NCBI GenBank assembly: GCA_902557965.1
Contig: CACECK010000005.1
Span: 7,365 to 71,364, forward strand
Direction of reading: 5' to 3'
DNA: 64,000 nt
From: an uncultured SAR86 cluster bacterium
GTDB taxonomy: Bacteria > Pseudomonadota > Gammaproteobacteria > Magnimaribacterales > D2472
The position numbers were made by a program, and so were the translations under genes. Below the pieces are notes generated by a model. The model saw only the letters and a program-made list of their open reading frames with translations, ran no database searches and had not been told where the DNA came from. Below are positions 1 to 9,700 of the stretch, one piece after another; position 1 is the stretch's first letter, and every line of letters starts with the position of its first letter.

Positions 1-401
1 ACAAGCTTTTTATTAGAATCAAAAAGATAAAATTCTGGAGTACATTCTGCTTTATAAGCTTTTGCAATCATTTGACTTTCATCAAAGAGGTATGGAAAAG
101 ATAGATCAAGCTTCTCCCATAAATCACGCATTTCTTTTGGTCCGTCCTGGGGATAGTTCTCTATATCATTGGAACTAATTGCAACCATATTAATTTGCTC
201 TTTGTAGTCTAGAGAAATTTGTTGTATTTCAGAATGGTAATGAATGACGTATGGACAGTGATTACATATAAACATAACTAATGATGGTTTAGAGTTATCG
301 AGCTCATCTGATGAAAAATTTTTCCTTGTAGCTGTATTTGAAAGATCAAATGGAATTAGCTCTGTTCCTAATGCGAGCATACTTGAATAGGTTAACGACA
401 T
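1..401 (-). CDS. thioredoxin-fold (redoxin/AhpC-TSA-like) protein; its 3' end runs off the window
   Basis: Not in the ORF track. Reverse translation from the ATG at 401 gives MSLTYSSMLALGTELIPFDL...PSLVMFICNHCPYVIHY...FPYLFDESQMIAKAYKAECTPEFYLFDSNKKL with a CxxC (CNHC) motif. It stays open to position 1. Confidence 0.7.
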   Translation of the reverse strand, partial: MSLTYSSMLALGTELIPFDLSNTATRKNFSSDELDNSKPSLVMFICNHCPYVIHYHSEIQQISLDYKEQINMVAISSNDIENYPQDGPKEMRDLWEKLDLSFPYLFDESQMIAKAYKAECTPEFYLFDSNKKL

Positions 402-408
402 AATAATA

Positions 409-1578
409 TTATAGGCTCATTTGCTGCCACTTAACTGGCACACCCTCGACTTTATATCTATTTGATTCTTCTCGAAGTTTTTCATATTCGGTTTTAGAAG
501 AATAGACTGTAACTATTAATGCGTTTTCTTTATTTGCGGTAATCCTAAGCACTCTCCCCATTCTTTGAATTCTTTGTCTTTTAGAGGACGATGCACTTAG
601 TATCATTGCTCCATCAGCCTCTGGCATGTCGAATCCTTCGTCTAAAGCAGTACAACTGACTAGAACATTTAGTTTTCCACTTTTAAAAGCTTCTAAATTT
701 TCTTGTCTCTCTTCGTCATTAAGATCAGTATTATATATACCTGATTTGAACCCCTTCTTGTTGATTATTTGGTTAAACTCTTTAGCCTGCTTTTTATTTT
801 CTGTAAAAACTATCCAACTATCTCTTTTGTATTTTTGAATGAGTTCAACGCCATAGGGAATTCTATTTTTTGAATTCTTAACCAATCTTGCTCTATTAAA
901 TATAAGCATTTTTAAAGGGTAATCATTCATGTCTTGGCCACCAATTGTTGCTGCTCGTCTCTGAATGCTTTTGGTAAATTTCTTATATTTTTCTTCCTCA
1001 TTAGGCAATAATGCAGCATAACCATATAAGAGTTTAAAATTGACTATTACTTCGTCTTCCCTAGCATCTATATAGTCATAATCAAAGATTATGTCACCAA
1101 GGATTTTTTTAATGATGATATAAAAGTTATCGTCATAGTCTCTCTCAGGAGTAGCAGATAAACCTAAAGTTGCGTGCCAGTCATTTGTTAGCATTTCACC
1201 TCTTTTTTCTGTCCCAATCTTATGACACTCATCAACAATTAAGAGTGTATTTTCTGGGTTGATTTCGTTGAGGATATTTTTCAATGAGTCTATTGTTGTT
1301 ATGCAAATCTTAGAAATGGAATCTGTTTTTTCGCCCCCGCCATTTAGAGATATTTGTTTATCAGCAAAATTTTGCGCAATGCTTTCATACCACTGGTCTA
1401 GTAAGGCAATAGAGGGTACAACAATCAAGATTGATTTGTTTGGATCCTCGCTTAAATACTTTTTAAGGCAATGGATAGCAAAGAAAGTCTTACCTCCACC
1501 TGTAACAACTTTAATGATGCCTCTTTTATTTGCCCACCATAAAGGAAAAGCTTTCTCTTGCCATTCCCTAAGTTGCAA
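409..1578 (-). CDS. minimal superfamily-2 helicase (ResIII / XPB-Rad25-like two-RecA core)
   Basis: 389 aa with motif I VTGGGKTF, motif II DECH, motif III SATP and motif VI QRMGRVLR. No accessory domains. The start overlaps the trpC stop by 11 nt. Confidence 0.75.
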   Translation of the reverse strand: MQLREWQEKAFPLWWANKRGIIKVVTGGGKTFFAIHCLKKYLSEDPNKSILIVVPSIALLDQWYESIAQNFADKQISLNGGGEKTDSISKICITTIDSLKNILNEINPENTLLIVDECHKIGTEKRGEMLTNDWHATLGLSATPERDYDDNFYIIIKKILGDIIFDYDYIDAREDEVIVNFKLLYGYAALLPNEEEKYKKFTKSIQRRAATIGGQDMNDYPLKMLIFNRARLVKNSKNRIPYGVELIQKYKRDSWIVFTENKKQAKEFNQIINKKGFKSGIYNTDLNDEERQENLEAFKSGKLNVLVSCTALDEGFDMPEADGAMILSASSSKRQRIQRMGRVLRITANKENALIVTVYSSKTEYEKLREESNRYKVEGVPVKWQQMSL

Positions 1579-2323
1579 AGAAATCTCCTTTCATCAAGCT
1601 TTCGCCAATCAAAAATACATTAATATTGTTTTCTTTTAACATGTCTATGTCTTTGCGGGACTTGATACCAGATTCAGATACAAAAACATTGTCCTGCTTA
1701 AATTCGTTTCGAAGTAAAATTGAATTATTAATATCCACTTCAAATGTTTTTAAATCTCTATTATTCACTCCAATAATTGCTTTAGAAAAAATTTCTACTC
1801 TTGATAGCTCATCTTTATCATGTATTTCAATGATGTAATCTAACCCAAGTTGATCTGCAATATTAGTAAAGTTTTGTAATTGTTCATCACTTAAGATAGC
1901 CGCAATTAATAAAATACAATCAGCGCCAATTAACTTTGACTCATAAATTTGAAATGCATCAATAATAAAATCTTTTCTTAAGATTGGCAGATCAGAAACT
2001 TTCTTAACATTGACTAAATGGCTAATACTACCTAAAAAATAATCTTCTTCAGTTAAAATTGATAATGCTGCTGCTCCAAATGATTCATATTCTTTTGCCT
2101 TTGATACAGGATCAAAATCTTCACTTATTATTCCTGCGCTTGGTGATGCCTTTTTAATCTCAGCAATTATTGCTTCATCTTTATTTAACAAGCTTTTTTT
2201 AAAATTACTTTCTTCCATCCATTTGTTATCTATTTTTGAAAGAAGTTCTTCGATATCTATCTCAGATTTTTTAATTTCTAGCTTTGATTTAGTATTTGCT
2301 ACTATTTCATCAAGTATATTCAT
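1568..2323 (-). CDS. trpC: indole-3-glycerol phosphate synthase
   Basis: 251 aa with IGPS-like motifs (AEIKKASPSAG, ILTEEDYF, ILRKDFIID, NNRDLKTF). 4-nt overlap with trpD. Confidence 0.9.
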   Translation of the reverse strand: MNILDEIVANTKSKLEIKKSEIDIEELLSKIDNKWMEESNFKKSLLNKDEAIIAEIKKASPSAGIISEDFDPVSKAKEYESFGAAALSILTEEDYFLGSISHLVNVKKVSDLPILRKDFIIDAFQIYESKLIGADCILLIAAILSDEQLQNFTNIADQLGLDYIIEIHDKDELSRVEIFSKAIIGVNNRDLKTFEVDINNSILLRNEFKQDNVFVSESGIKSRKDIDMLKENNINVFLIGESLMKGDFFAT

Positions 2324-3330
2324 AATTGATTTGAAGCCTCTACATAAGATTCTAATTTATTAGCTGCATTTCCATTTCTCATAAGCTCAAAAGACAGCTC
2401 AACGCCATCATTTATTGAGTTAACAATATCAGCTATGTATAGGGCTGCGCCACTATTTAGCGCAATCATATCTTGAACTGGAGAATTTTTTCCTGAGAAA
2501 GCCTCTTTTACCAGCATTAAACTCTCCCTTGGAGAAATTGCACTAATCATATCAAATGATGCTGTCTTTAATCCAAATTCTTTTGGAGATATTACGTATT
2601 CAAATATCTCATTATTCTTTAACTCAGATACATGCGTATCTCCAGTAATTGTTATCTCATCAAGTCCGTCACTCCCGTGAACTACTAACACATGATCCAT
2701 GTAAAGACTTTTGGAAACTTTACAAAAAGTTTGAAGCAATTTTTTATTATATACACCTATTATTTGTCTCTTCGCACTGCAAGGATTTGTGTGAGGACCA
2801 AGAAGATTAAAAATAGTTTTGTCATTTATTTTTTGTCTAGCAGGCATGACATACTTCATAGCTTCGTGATGCAGTGGCGCAAATAAAAATACAAACCCTA
2901 CTTGTTTAAAAATATATTCAAGCCTATCTCTATCATGGCCTATATCAGCCCCAGCTTCAGTTAAAAAATCAGCGCTGCCTGATTTACTTGATATAGCCTT
3001 GTTACCATGTTTTGTTATTTTTGCACCGCCAGCTGCAGCAACGAAAGAAGAAGCTGTGGAACAATTAAAAGTATGTAATCCCGTGCCTCCAGTTCCGCAT
3101 GTATCAATATTTGTTCCGTCTCCAATATCAAATTTTAGGGATTTCTGCTGCATAACTAATGCCGCACCGGTTATTTCATCTTCAGATATGCCTTTTTTGT
3201 TTAGCTCCAATAAAAATTGTTCGATTTCAGAATTTCCTGCTTTGCCAGACATAATTTTATTAATTGCAGCCTGCATCTCATCTATTGATAAATCTTTATT
3301 GCTTTGAATTACTTTTATATATTCGTTCAT
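2320..3330 (-). CDS. trpD: anthranilate phosphoribosyltransferase
   Basis: 336 aa with DTCGTGGTG and KHGNKAISSKSGSAD motifs. Lies between trpG and trpC. Confidence 0.92.
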   Translation of the reverse strand: MNEYIKVIQSNKDLSIDEMQAAINKIMSGKAGNSEIEQFLLELNKKGISEDEITGAALVMQQKSLKFDIGDGTNIDTCGTGGTGLHTFNCSTASSFVAAAGGAKITKHGNKAISSKSGSADFLTEAGADIGHDRDRLEYIFKQVGFVFLFAPLHHEAMKYVMPARQKINDKTIFNLLGPHTNPCSAKRQIIGVYNKKLLQTFCKVSKSLYMDHVLVVHGSDGLDEITITGDTHVSELKNNEIFEYVISPKEFGLKTASFDMISAISPRESLMLVKEAFSGKNSPVQDMIALNSGAALYIADIVNSINDGVELSFELMRNGNAANKLESYVEASNQL

Positions 3331-3893
3331 TAAGTTTTTAAAAAGTTCTCGATTAATTTTTTTCCATTTTTAGTATCAATTGATTCAGGATGAAATTGCA
3401 CACCATAAATTGGTCTACTTTTGTGCTCTATAGACATTATTGTACTTTTATCATCCACCAGAGTTGAGGTTACTTTAAGCTCATTGGGAAGTGAATTCAT
3501 CTCAATAATTAAACTATGGTATCTAACAACTTTATACGGACTTTCAATTCCTTGAAAAAGCGATGAAGAATCGTGCATTATTTTAGAAGATTTACCATGA
3601 TTAATATCTGGTGCTTTTATTATTCTTCCGCCAAAGGCTGATCCAATTGCTTGATGGCCAAGACATACTCCAAGCAAAGGAACATTTGATAATCTAATTA
3701 ATTCTTCGGATATTCCAGCTTCTTTAGGTGTGCATGGGCCTGGTGATATTATAATTTTTTCTGGATCCATATCTAAAACTTCTGAAACTGATAATTCATC
3801 ATTTCGAAAAATTTTTATATCAGACTCAAACTCACCTATATAGTGAACAAGGTTATATGTAAAGCTATCATAGTTATCTATAACAACTATCAT
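3330..3893 (-). CDS. trpG: anthranilate synthase component II (glutamine amidotransferase)
   Basis: Motifs IVVIDNYDSFTYNLV, GVCLGHQAIG and FHPES. Start moved to the ATG at 3893 (ATGA overlap with the trpE stop). The track's 16 extra codons lie inside trpE. Confidence 0.9.
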   Translation of the reverse strand: MIVVIDNYDSFTYNLVHYIGEFESDIKIFRNDELSVSEVLDMDPEKIIISPGPCTPKEAGISEELIRLSNVPLLGVCLGHQAIGSAFGGRIIKAPDINHGKSSKIMHDSSSLFQGIESPYKVVRYHSLIIEMNSLPNELKVTSTLVDDKSTIMSIEHKSRPIYGVQFHPESIDTKNGKKLIENFLKT

Positions 3894-5356
3894 GAGATCA
3901 TCTCCATAGCATCGGCAAAAACCTTGGATTTCTGAACGCATTCACGCCATTCACTCTCAGGATCTGAATCGGCGACAATTCCTGCTCCTGCTCCAACATG
4001 AATTAAGCCATCTTTTATTACAGCCGTTCTTATGGCAATAGCGGTATCTATATTTCCATTCCATGATATATGTCCTATCGCACCACCATATATTCCTCTA
4101 GAGCTTGGCTCTAATTCATTGATTATTTCCATAGCTCGAATCTTTGGTGCGCCAGATAGAGTCCCTGCTGGCAAGGTTTCTTTTAAAGCATCTATCGCAC
4201 TAAGACCTTTTAATAGCTTGCCAACCACATTAGAAACTATGTGCATCACATGTGAATATTTTTCTATCACCATTTTCTCGGTCACTTTTACACTGCCTAT
4301 CTCAGAAACCTTACCAACATCATTTCTTCCCAAATCAATCAACATCAAATGCTCTGCTAATTCTTTAGGGTCTGATAGCAATTCTTTTACATTTTCTTCA
4401 TCCTCAATCTTGTCAGCGCCCCTTTTTCTAGTTCCAGCAATTGGTCTCAATGTGACATCATTTTCTTCAAGTCTTACTAAAATCTCTGGAGAGGCTCCTA
4501 TAACTTTGCATTCATTCAAATTTAAATAATACATATAAGGTGACGGATTTAATTTTCGCAATGCTGAATATAAATAAAATGGATCGCTATCAAATGGTGA
4601 TGAAAAATCTTGGGCAAGAACTACTTGCATTACATCACCCTCTTTTATGTAATTTTTAATATTTTTAACACTTTGTATATAACTATCTTTAGAAAAATTT
4701 GATTGGAATTTATGAGCTCCTGTTATATTTTTATATTTGGGTTCTGCATAATTCTTATTTTGATCTATATCCTCTTGAATGTGTTCAACATAGCTTAGGG
4801 CTTCTTCATAGGAGCAATTTGAGGGATCCGAATTATAAATCGCATACTTTTTTTGATTAAAATTATCGAAAATTATTAGCTTGTTTGCTTTTAGCAAATA
4901 TATGTCAGGCATGTGTTCTTTGAACTTAGACGATTTATCTTTAAGGTCCTTTATTCTTTTTTCTGCATACTTCGAACTTTCATAGGCAAAATAACCTACA
5001 TAACCTCCATAGAATCTTGGTAAATTTTTTATTTTGGGAGTTTTATATTTAGCAGTGATTTTTTTTATTTCTTCTAAGGGGTTGTCTGATTCAAATGAAG
5101 ATATTTCGCCACATTCTTTAAGTTGTATATAGTTGTCTGAAACCTTTATATAATCAGTACAATTAAGGCCGATTATTGAGTATTGTGCCCACCTTTCCCC
5201 TCCTTCAACAGATTCTAGTAAAAAAGTGTTTTCTTTATCTTTAATCTTTGAGTACAAGCTTAATGGAGAATCAGAATCTATATCTAATTCTTTAGAAATT
5301 GGCACAACATTAAAGCCTGCAGAGGTATATTTTTTATATTCTTCTTTAGTTATCAT
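3890..5356 (-). CDS. trpE: anthranilate synthase component I
   Basis: 488 aa with LESVEGGERWAQYSIIG, PSPYMYY and GAGAGIVADSDPESE chorismate-binding motifs. Confidence 0.92.
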   Translation of the reverse strand: MITKEEYKKYTSAGFNVVPISKELDIDSDSPLSLYSKIKDKENTFLLESVEGGERWAQYSIIGLNCTDYIKVSDNYIQLKECGEISSFESDNPLEEIKKITAKYKTPKIKNLPRFYGGYVGYFAYESSKYAEKRIKDLKDKSSKFKEHMPDIYLLKANKLIIFDNFNQKKYAIYNSDPSNCSYEEALSYVEHIQEDIDQNKNYAEPKYKNITGAHKFQSNFSKDSYIQSVKNIKNYIKEGDVMQVVLAQDFSSPFDSDPFYLYSALRKLNPSPYMYYLNLNECKVIGASPEILVRLEENDVTLRPIAGTRKRGADKIEDEENVKELLSDPKELAEHLMLIDLGRNDVGKVSEIGSVKVTEKMVIEKYSHVMHIVSNVVGKLLKGLSAIDALKETLPAGTLSGAPKIRAMEIINELEPSSRGIYGGAIGHISWNGNIDTAIAIRTAVIKDGLIHVGAGAGIVADSDPESEWRECVQKSKVFADAMEMIS

Positions 5357-5795
5357 TATCTAAAATCTCTGTTATATCTATTTGATCTCCAACATACACA
5401 TTATTTCTTTTGAACCAATCTAAGTTTACTTCAAGAGCATACTTCACTCTTTTCTTAGAACATATAGAATCTTCTGATAATGGAAGCATCTCATAGATCT
5501 CTAATATTTTCCCTTTAGTATCAATATATGCAACATTTAAGGGAATATAAGTATTCCTCATCCACATGCACTGTCTTTTTCGATATTCCCAGACGAAGAA
5601 CATACCATGGTCTTCAGACAAAGATTTTCTATACATCAATCCCTTTCTTCTATCATTAGGATTTGATGCAACTTCTATATTAGTTAAAAGAACGTTAATT
5701 TTAATTTCGTCTGCTGAAAAAGTATTAGACGATATAAAAAAAACTAAAAAAAACTTAAGTGATTTTTGAACGAAGATCCGATATTGTTTGCTCAT
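5346..5795 (-). CDS. DUF192 domain protein with signal peptide
   Basis: RRKGLMYR...GMFFVW...[16 protein letters not shown] resembles DUF192. The ATG at 5795 gives [28 protein letters not shown]. It overlaps the rpe 3' end by 41 nt and the trpE start by 11 nt. Confidence 0.6.
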   Translation of the reverse strand: MSKQYRIFVQKSLKFFLVFFISSNTFSADEIKINVLLTNIEVASNPNDRRKGLMYRKSLSEDHGMFFVWEYRKRQCMWMRNTYIPLNVAYIDTKGKILEIYEMLPLSEDSICSKKRVKYALEVNLDWFKRNNVYVGDQIDITEILDNDN

Positions 5796-6423
5796 AATTT
5801 TCTGTGTTGAATATTGCTGAGCCTGCAACAAAAGTATCTGCTCCAGCTGAAGAAGCCAGCCCTATCGTTTCATTGTTTATTCCACCATCAACTTCGAGAC
5901 GTATATCTCTACCAGAGTCATCAATCATTTTTCTTACTTTTGCTATTTTTTCCAGAGAACTATGAATAAATTTTTGTCCTCCAAAGCCAGGATTAACGCT
6001 CATAATAAGAACCAAGTCTATGTCCTCAATTACACTATCAAGCGTATGCAGAGGTGTTGCAGGGTTATAAACTAAACCAACCTTACAGTCTTTTTCTTTA
6101 ATAGCATGAATTGATCTATGAATATGCTTTGTTGCCTCAGGATGAAAACTAATTAAATCTGCGCCTGCTTCAATAAAGCTCTGAGCAAGTTCGTCTACAG
6201 GATCAACCATTAAATGAACATCAATAAAATTCTCTACACCGTAATCTCTTAAAGCTTTGCAAACCATTGGTCCTATAGTTAGGTTAGGAACATAATGATT
6301 ATCCATTACATCAAAATGAACCCAGTCTGCACCTGCACTCATAACATTTTTGACTTCATCGCCTAATCTAGCGAAGTCAGACGCAAGTATGGAGGGAGCA
6401 ATTATATATTTCTGATCAGTCAT
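5755..6423 (-). CDS. rpe: ribulose-phosphate 3-epimerase
   Basis: 222 aa with [42 protein letters not shown] and VDGGIN. Confidence 0.92.
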   Translation of the reverse strand: MTDQKYIIAPSILASDFARLGDEVKNVMSAGADWVHFDVMDNHYVPNLTIGPMVCKALRDYGVENFIDVHLMVDPVDELAQSFIEAGADLISFHPEATKHIHRSIHAIKEKDCKVGLVYNPATPLHTLDSVIEDIDLVLIMSVNPGFGGQKFIHSSLEKIAKVRKMIDDSGRDIRLEVDGGINNETIGLASSAGADTFVAGSAIFNTENYEQTISDLRSKIT

Positions 6424-6426
6424 AAT

Positions 6427-7098
6427 CTAATTTTGGTCATTATATACAGTATTAGCAAGTTTTAAACGATCAAGAGTGCCAACATCAATCCATAAATCTG
6501 AAGATCTAATACCTTTAATAGATTTTTTCTTTATGTATTCTAAGAGTACGCTTTCCCATATATTAAATGATGTACTTTCAAAATATTTATTTTTAAAAAT
6601 TATAGGATTGATAATTGAAATGCCACTCCAAGTAAGATCATTGCCTTCTGTATTTATATTGACTATATCTTTATCTAATGAAAAGTCACCCATCTGATTG
6701 TGCTCTGGATTAGGCACTCCAATTAATAAAGCAGATTCAACATCTGAGAATAAATTATCTAGTTTAATATTGTGAAATAAATCAGCATTCATGCATAAAA
6801 ATGGCTCAGAACCAAGTAAAGGGAGTGCTTTATATACACCGCCACCAGTTCCTAGTGGCTTTTCCTCAACTGAAAAATTTATATTTTCATTTGGAAATTT
6901 CTCAATAACATGTTCTCTTACCAATGCACCCAAGTAAGATATATTTATAACAATTTCTGAAATTCCACTATTCAATATATGTTCAATATTTCTTTCAATT
7001 AAGGTTGTATCTCCTACCTTTAGTAATGGTTTTGGAGAGTTTTCTGTAAGTGGTAATAGTCTTTTTCCATAGCCAGCTGCAAGAATAAACGCTTTCAT
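6427..7098 (-). CDS. murU: N-acetylmuramate alpha-1-phosphate uridylyltransferase-type nucleotidyltransferase
   Basis: 223 aa starting MKAFILAAGYGKRLLPLT..PKPLL, with GTGGGVYKALPLLG. Paired with an amgK-like kinase by a 4-nt overlap, as I recall for Pseudomonas. Confidence 0.7.
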   Translation of the reverse strand: MKAFILAAGYGKRLLPLTENSPKPLLKVGDTTLIERNIEHILNSGISEIVINISYLGALVREHVIEKFPNENINFSVEEKPLGTGGGVYKALPLLGSEPFLCMNADLFHNIKLDNLFSDVESALLIGVPNPEHNQMGDFSLDKDIVNINTEGNDLTWSGISIINPIIFKNKYFESTSFNIWESVLLEYIKKKSIKGIRSSDLWIDVGTLDRLKLANTVYNDQN

Positions 7099-8042
7099 AA
7101 TGATTTAAGTTTTATCTCCAGCATTTTTGATGATTCATCTAAAAAATCATATTTTGATTTTTCGTCCCCTAAAATCGCTATTAAATTATGAAGAATCATT
7201 GGTAAATCTTTTAACCTAAAGGCTCTATTTTTTGAGGTATAAAGATCAGAAAGAGTGCCTAGTATTCTCATATTTCTTTGAACACTTCCCCATTTAAGTG
7301 CATCAAATAAATCTACTTCGTCTGAAATGTTAGATTTATCTGAGTAGTAATCCAAAAGTTTTTTTACCTCTATCTCATCAAATGGATAATAATGATCTAT
7401 CAGTATTCCAGAAAGATCTATGCCAATTGGGCCTATTTTCATGTCTTGATAATCAATTACAGATATATTGTTACTATCGCCGAGTATTAGGTTTCGCCTT
7501 TCAAAATCAAAATGACAGTTTGTCCATGGTTGTGATTTTATTCCATTAATAGCAATATCAATCAAGTCGTCAATAGATTCATCTGTATCTATATTTAAAA
7601 ATTCGTTGCAGAATTTACTCTTAAATAAATACATTTGATTGATTAATTCGTTAGTAGAGAGTTTGGTTAATTCGCTAATTTTAGATTGCTGAATCTTGAT
7701 CAATACATCCAAGGATTTTTTTAAAAGATTTGTTTTATTGTTTTGATCTAGAATCTTTAATAGGTCGCCATCTCCTAGGTCTTCTTGAATTAAAATTCCA
7801 GAAATTTTGTCATGATGAATTATCTTAGGGGCGCTCACATTATTTGCTGTCAGATCATTTGAAATTTTTATAAAATTTTTGTGGTCACCTTTATTTGGAT
7901 CTAGGTAGCATAATACAAAAGAATATGAATTATTTTTCAGTCTCCAATACCTTCTTCCACTTGCTTCATCCTTTAGTGGATAAACTTCATCTGCATTTAA
8001 TTCATATTTAGCTGCTAAATGTAATACTTCTTCTGCTTTCAA
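7095..8042 (-). CDS. amgK: aminoglycoside-phosphotransferase-fold kinase, AmgK-like (MurNAc/GlcNAc anomeric kinase)
   Basis: 315 aa APH-fold protein (HFDFERRNLIL, VIDYQD). Sits immediately upstream of murU. Confidence 0.6.
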   Translation of the reverse strand: MKAEEVLHLAAKYELNADEVYPLKDEASGRRYWRLKNNSYSFVLCYLDPNKGDHKNFIKISNDLTANNVSAPKIIHHDKISGILIQEDLGDGDLLKILDQNNKTNLLKKSLDVLIKIQQSKISELTKLSTNELINQMYLFKSKFCNEFLNIDTDESIDDLIDIAINGIKSQPWTNCHFDFERRNLILGDSNNISVIDYQDMKIGPIGIDLSGILIDHYYPFDEIEVKKLLDYYSDKSNISDEVDLFDALKWGSVQRNMRILGTLSDLYTSKNRAFRLKDLPMILHNLIAILGDEKSKYDFLDESSKMLEIKLKSL

Positions 8043-8900
8043 TTAACTATTCTTAACTTCATCTGGCAACGGAGTGTTCTCTGGAACAAAAAAATCAGGC
8101 ATTAGCTCGCCAAACGGGACTGATGCATATTTTGTAAAATCTTTGACTCCAGCCTCATGCAGAACAATATCATCAATGCAAAAGTTGCCAGTAAATTCCT
8201 TTGAGTCTTTTGTTAATATTTCATATGCAGAATCAGCCATGATGTCTACATTCCTTGAAAGTCTCATAATTTCATCTCCGCCAAGATGATTTTGGACTGC
8301 TGCAGTAGCAATTGCTGTCCTTGGCCACAAAGCATTAACCGCTATACCAAACTCTTTAAATTCTTCGGCCATCCCTAGAACGCACATACTCATAGTATAT
8401 TTAGCCATTGTGTATGCAACCGTTCCTGCGAACCATTTAGGTTCCATATCTAATGGTGGAGCAAGATTTAATATATGCGGATTAGATGCTTTTTTAAGAT
8501 GAGGTAAACAAAATTTACTCACCATATACGTACCTCTTCCATTAACTTGGTGCATAAGATCATATCTTTTCATTTCTGTATCAGTAACATTTGTCAACTG
8601 AATTGCAGAAGCATTATTTATACATATATCTATACCACCAAAATGATCAACAGCATTATTAACCGCATCTCTGACATTGTCTTCATTCCTAATATCACAA
8701 ATCATTGGTAGAGCTTCTCCACCTGCTTCTACTATTTCGTCTGCAGCTGTATATATAGTGCCTGGTAACTTTGGATGAGGGTCTGCTGTTTTTGCTGCTA
8801 TGACGACTTTTGCACCATCTTTTGCAGCCTTCTTAACCATTGCAAGTCCTATACCCCTACTTCCACCTGAAATAAAAATTACTTTATCTTTTAAACTCAT
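8043..8900 (-). CDS. SDR family oxidoreductase (HSDL2-like)
   Basis: 285 aa with ISGGSRGIG, NNAS and YTMAK (YxxxK). The overall sequence recalls the SDR domain of hydroxysteroid-dehydrogenase-like 2. Confidence 0.75.
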   Translation of the reverse strand: MSLKDKVIFISGGSRGIGLAMVKKAAKDGAKVVIAAKTADPHPKLPGTIYTAADEIVEAGGEALPMICDIRNEDNVRDAVNNAVDHFGGIDICINNASAIQLTNVTDTEMKRYDLMHQVNGRGTYMVSKFCLPHLKKASNPHILNLAPPLDMEPKWFAGTVAYTMAKYTMSMCVLGMAEEFKEFGIAVNALWPRTAIATAAVQNHLGGDEIMRLSRNVDIMADSAYEILTKDSKEFTGNFCIDDIVLHEAGVKDFTKYASVPFGELMPDFFVPENTPLPDEVKNS

Positions 8901-8917
8901 AATTACCTCTCTTTAAG

Positions 8918-9658
8918 TTAAAATTTTTCCATATAAGGGCGTAGATCTAGTTCGTGAGTCCACGCGCTTCTATGTTGTGTGTGAACATACCAATAAGTAT
9001 CAGCAATTGCATCTGGCTGAAGAATTCCGTCTTTATCTTTTAAAGCGTATGTTTCAGGAAAAGTTTCTTTTATGAATGCAGTATCAATTGCTCCATCGAT
9101 AATAAAATGTGCCACATGAATACCTTCTGGTCCAAGTTCTCTTGCCATGCTTTGACTTACAGCCCTTAATGCAAATTTTGCGCTTGAAAAAGCCGAAAAA
9201 CCACTGCCACCTCTCATAGAGGCTGTTGCACCAGTAAAAAAAATACTGCCTTCGTTTCTTTTTTTCATATATTTTGCTGCTTCTCTACCTGTTAAAAAAC
9301 CTGCAAAAGCTGCCATTTCCCAAACTTTCTTAAAAACTCTTGATGTCGTTTCCTCAATTGGGAAAAAAACATTTGCGCCAGGGTTAAAGACCACTACATC
9401 AATTGGCGCTATTTCATTCTCTACTTCAGCAAAAAAATCTTTAATTGAATCCTCATCTCTAGCATCAACACCAAATCCTTTAGACCATCCTCCAGATTCT
9501 ATAATTTCACTAGATAATTCATTTAATTTATCAATATTTCTTGGTCTTCTAGCTGGGCAAACTTTATATCCATGAGAAGCAAATTTTTTGGTAATTGCTG
9601 AACCTGTAGCATCTCCAGCCCCTATAATAATTGCAGAATATTTTGAAAAATCTTTCAT
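8918..9658 (-). CDS. SDR-fold protein with atypical active site
   Basis: 246 aa with a Rossmann motif IIGAGDATGSAI. The position of the catalytic YxxxK reads FSSAK (AFSSAKFAL). Confidence 0.65.
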   Translation of the reverse strand: MKDFSKYSAIIIGAGDATGSAITKKFASHGYKVCPARRPRNIDKLNELSSEIIESGGWSKGFGVDARDEDSIKDFFAEVENEIAPIDVVVFNPGANVFFPIEETTSRVFKKVWEMAAFAGFLTGREAAKYMKKRNEGSIFFTGATASMRGGSGFSAFSSAKFALRAVSQSMARELGPEGIHVAHFIIDGAIDTAFIKETFPETYALKDKDGILQPDAIADTYWYVHTQHRSAWTHELDLRPYMEKF

Positions 9659-9700
9659 AACAGTGTTTAATTGTTTTACTTTACAAAATTGTTAATAGAA

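Noticed and set aside
3894-3941. N-terminal extensions in the ORF track (trpG to 3941, DUF192 to 5831, HCCA isomerase from 9671, surA from 12721, hppA to 32454, mutY from 42064, dehydrogenase from 43471, SDR from 47315, aroK from 49334, TauE from 56343, lgt from 57110) taken as real, long gene overlaps.
   Set aside because: In each case an internal start codon (ATG, except for mutY, which has only in-frame TTGs) coincides with the conserved family N-terminus. It removes or reduces the overlap with the upstream gene, often to ATGA or TAATG.
4032-4529. Long antisense ORFs in the track. Examples are 4032-4529 opposite trpE, 30827-31267 and 31682-31957 opposite hppA, 62361-62852 opposite the exbB genes, 33959-34324 opposite ubiC, 42450-42830 opposite mutY, 44358-44681 opposite the dehydrogenase, and 49282-49623.
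   Set aside because: Each lies entirely within a confidently identified gene on the other strand. Their compositions are low-complexity (Ser/Ile/Phe/Pro-rich) and typical of shadow ORFs. None has a recognisable motif or an RBS.
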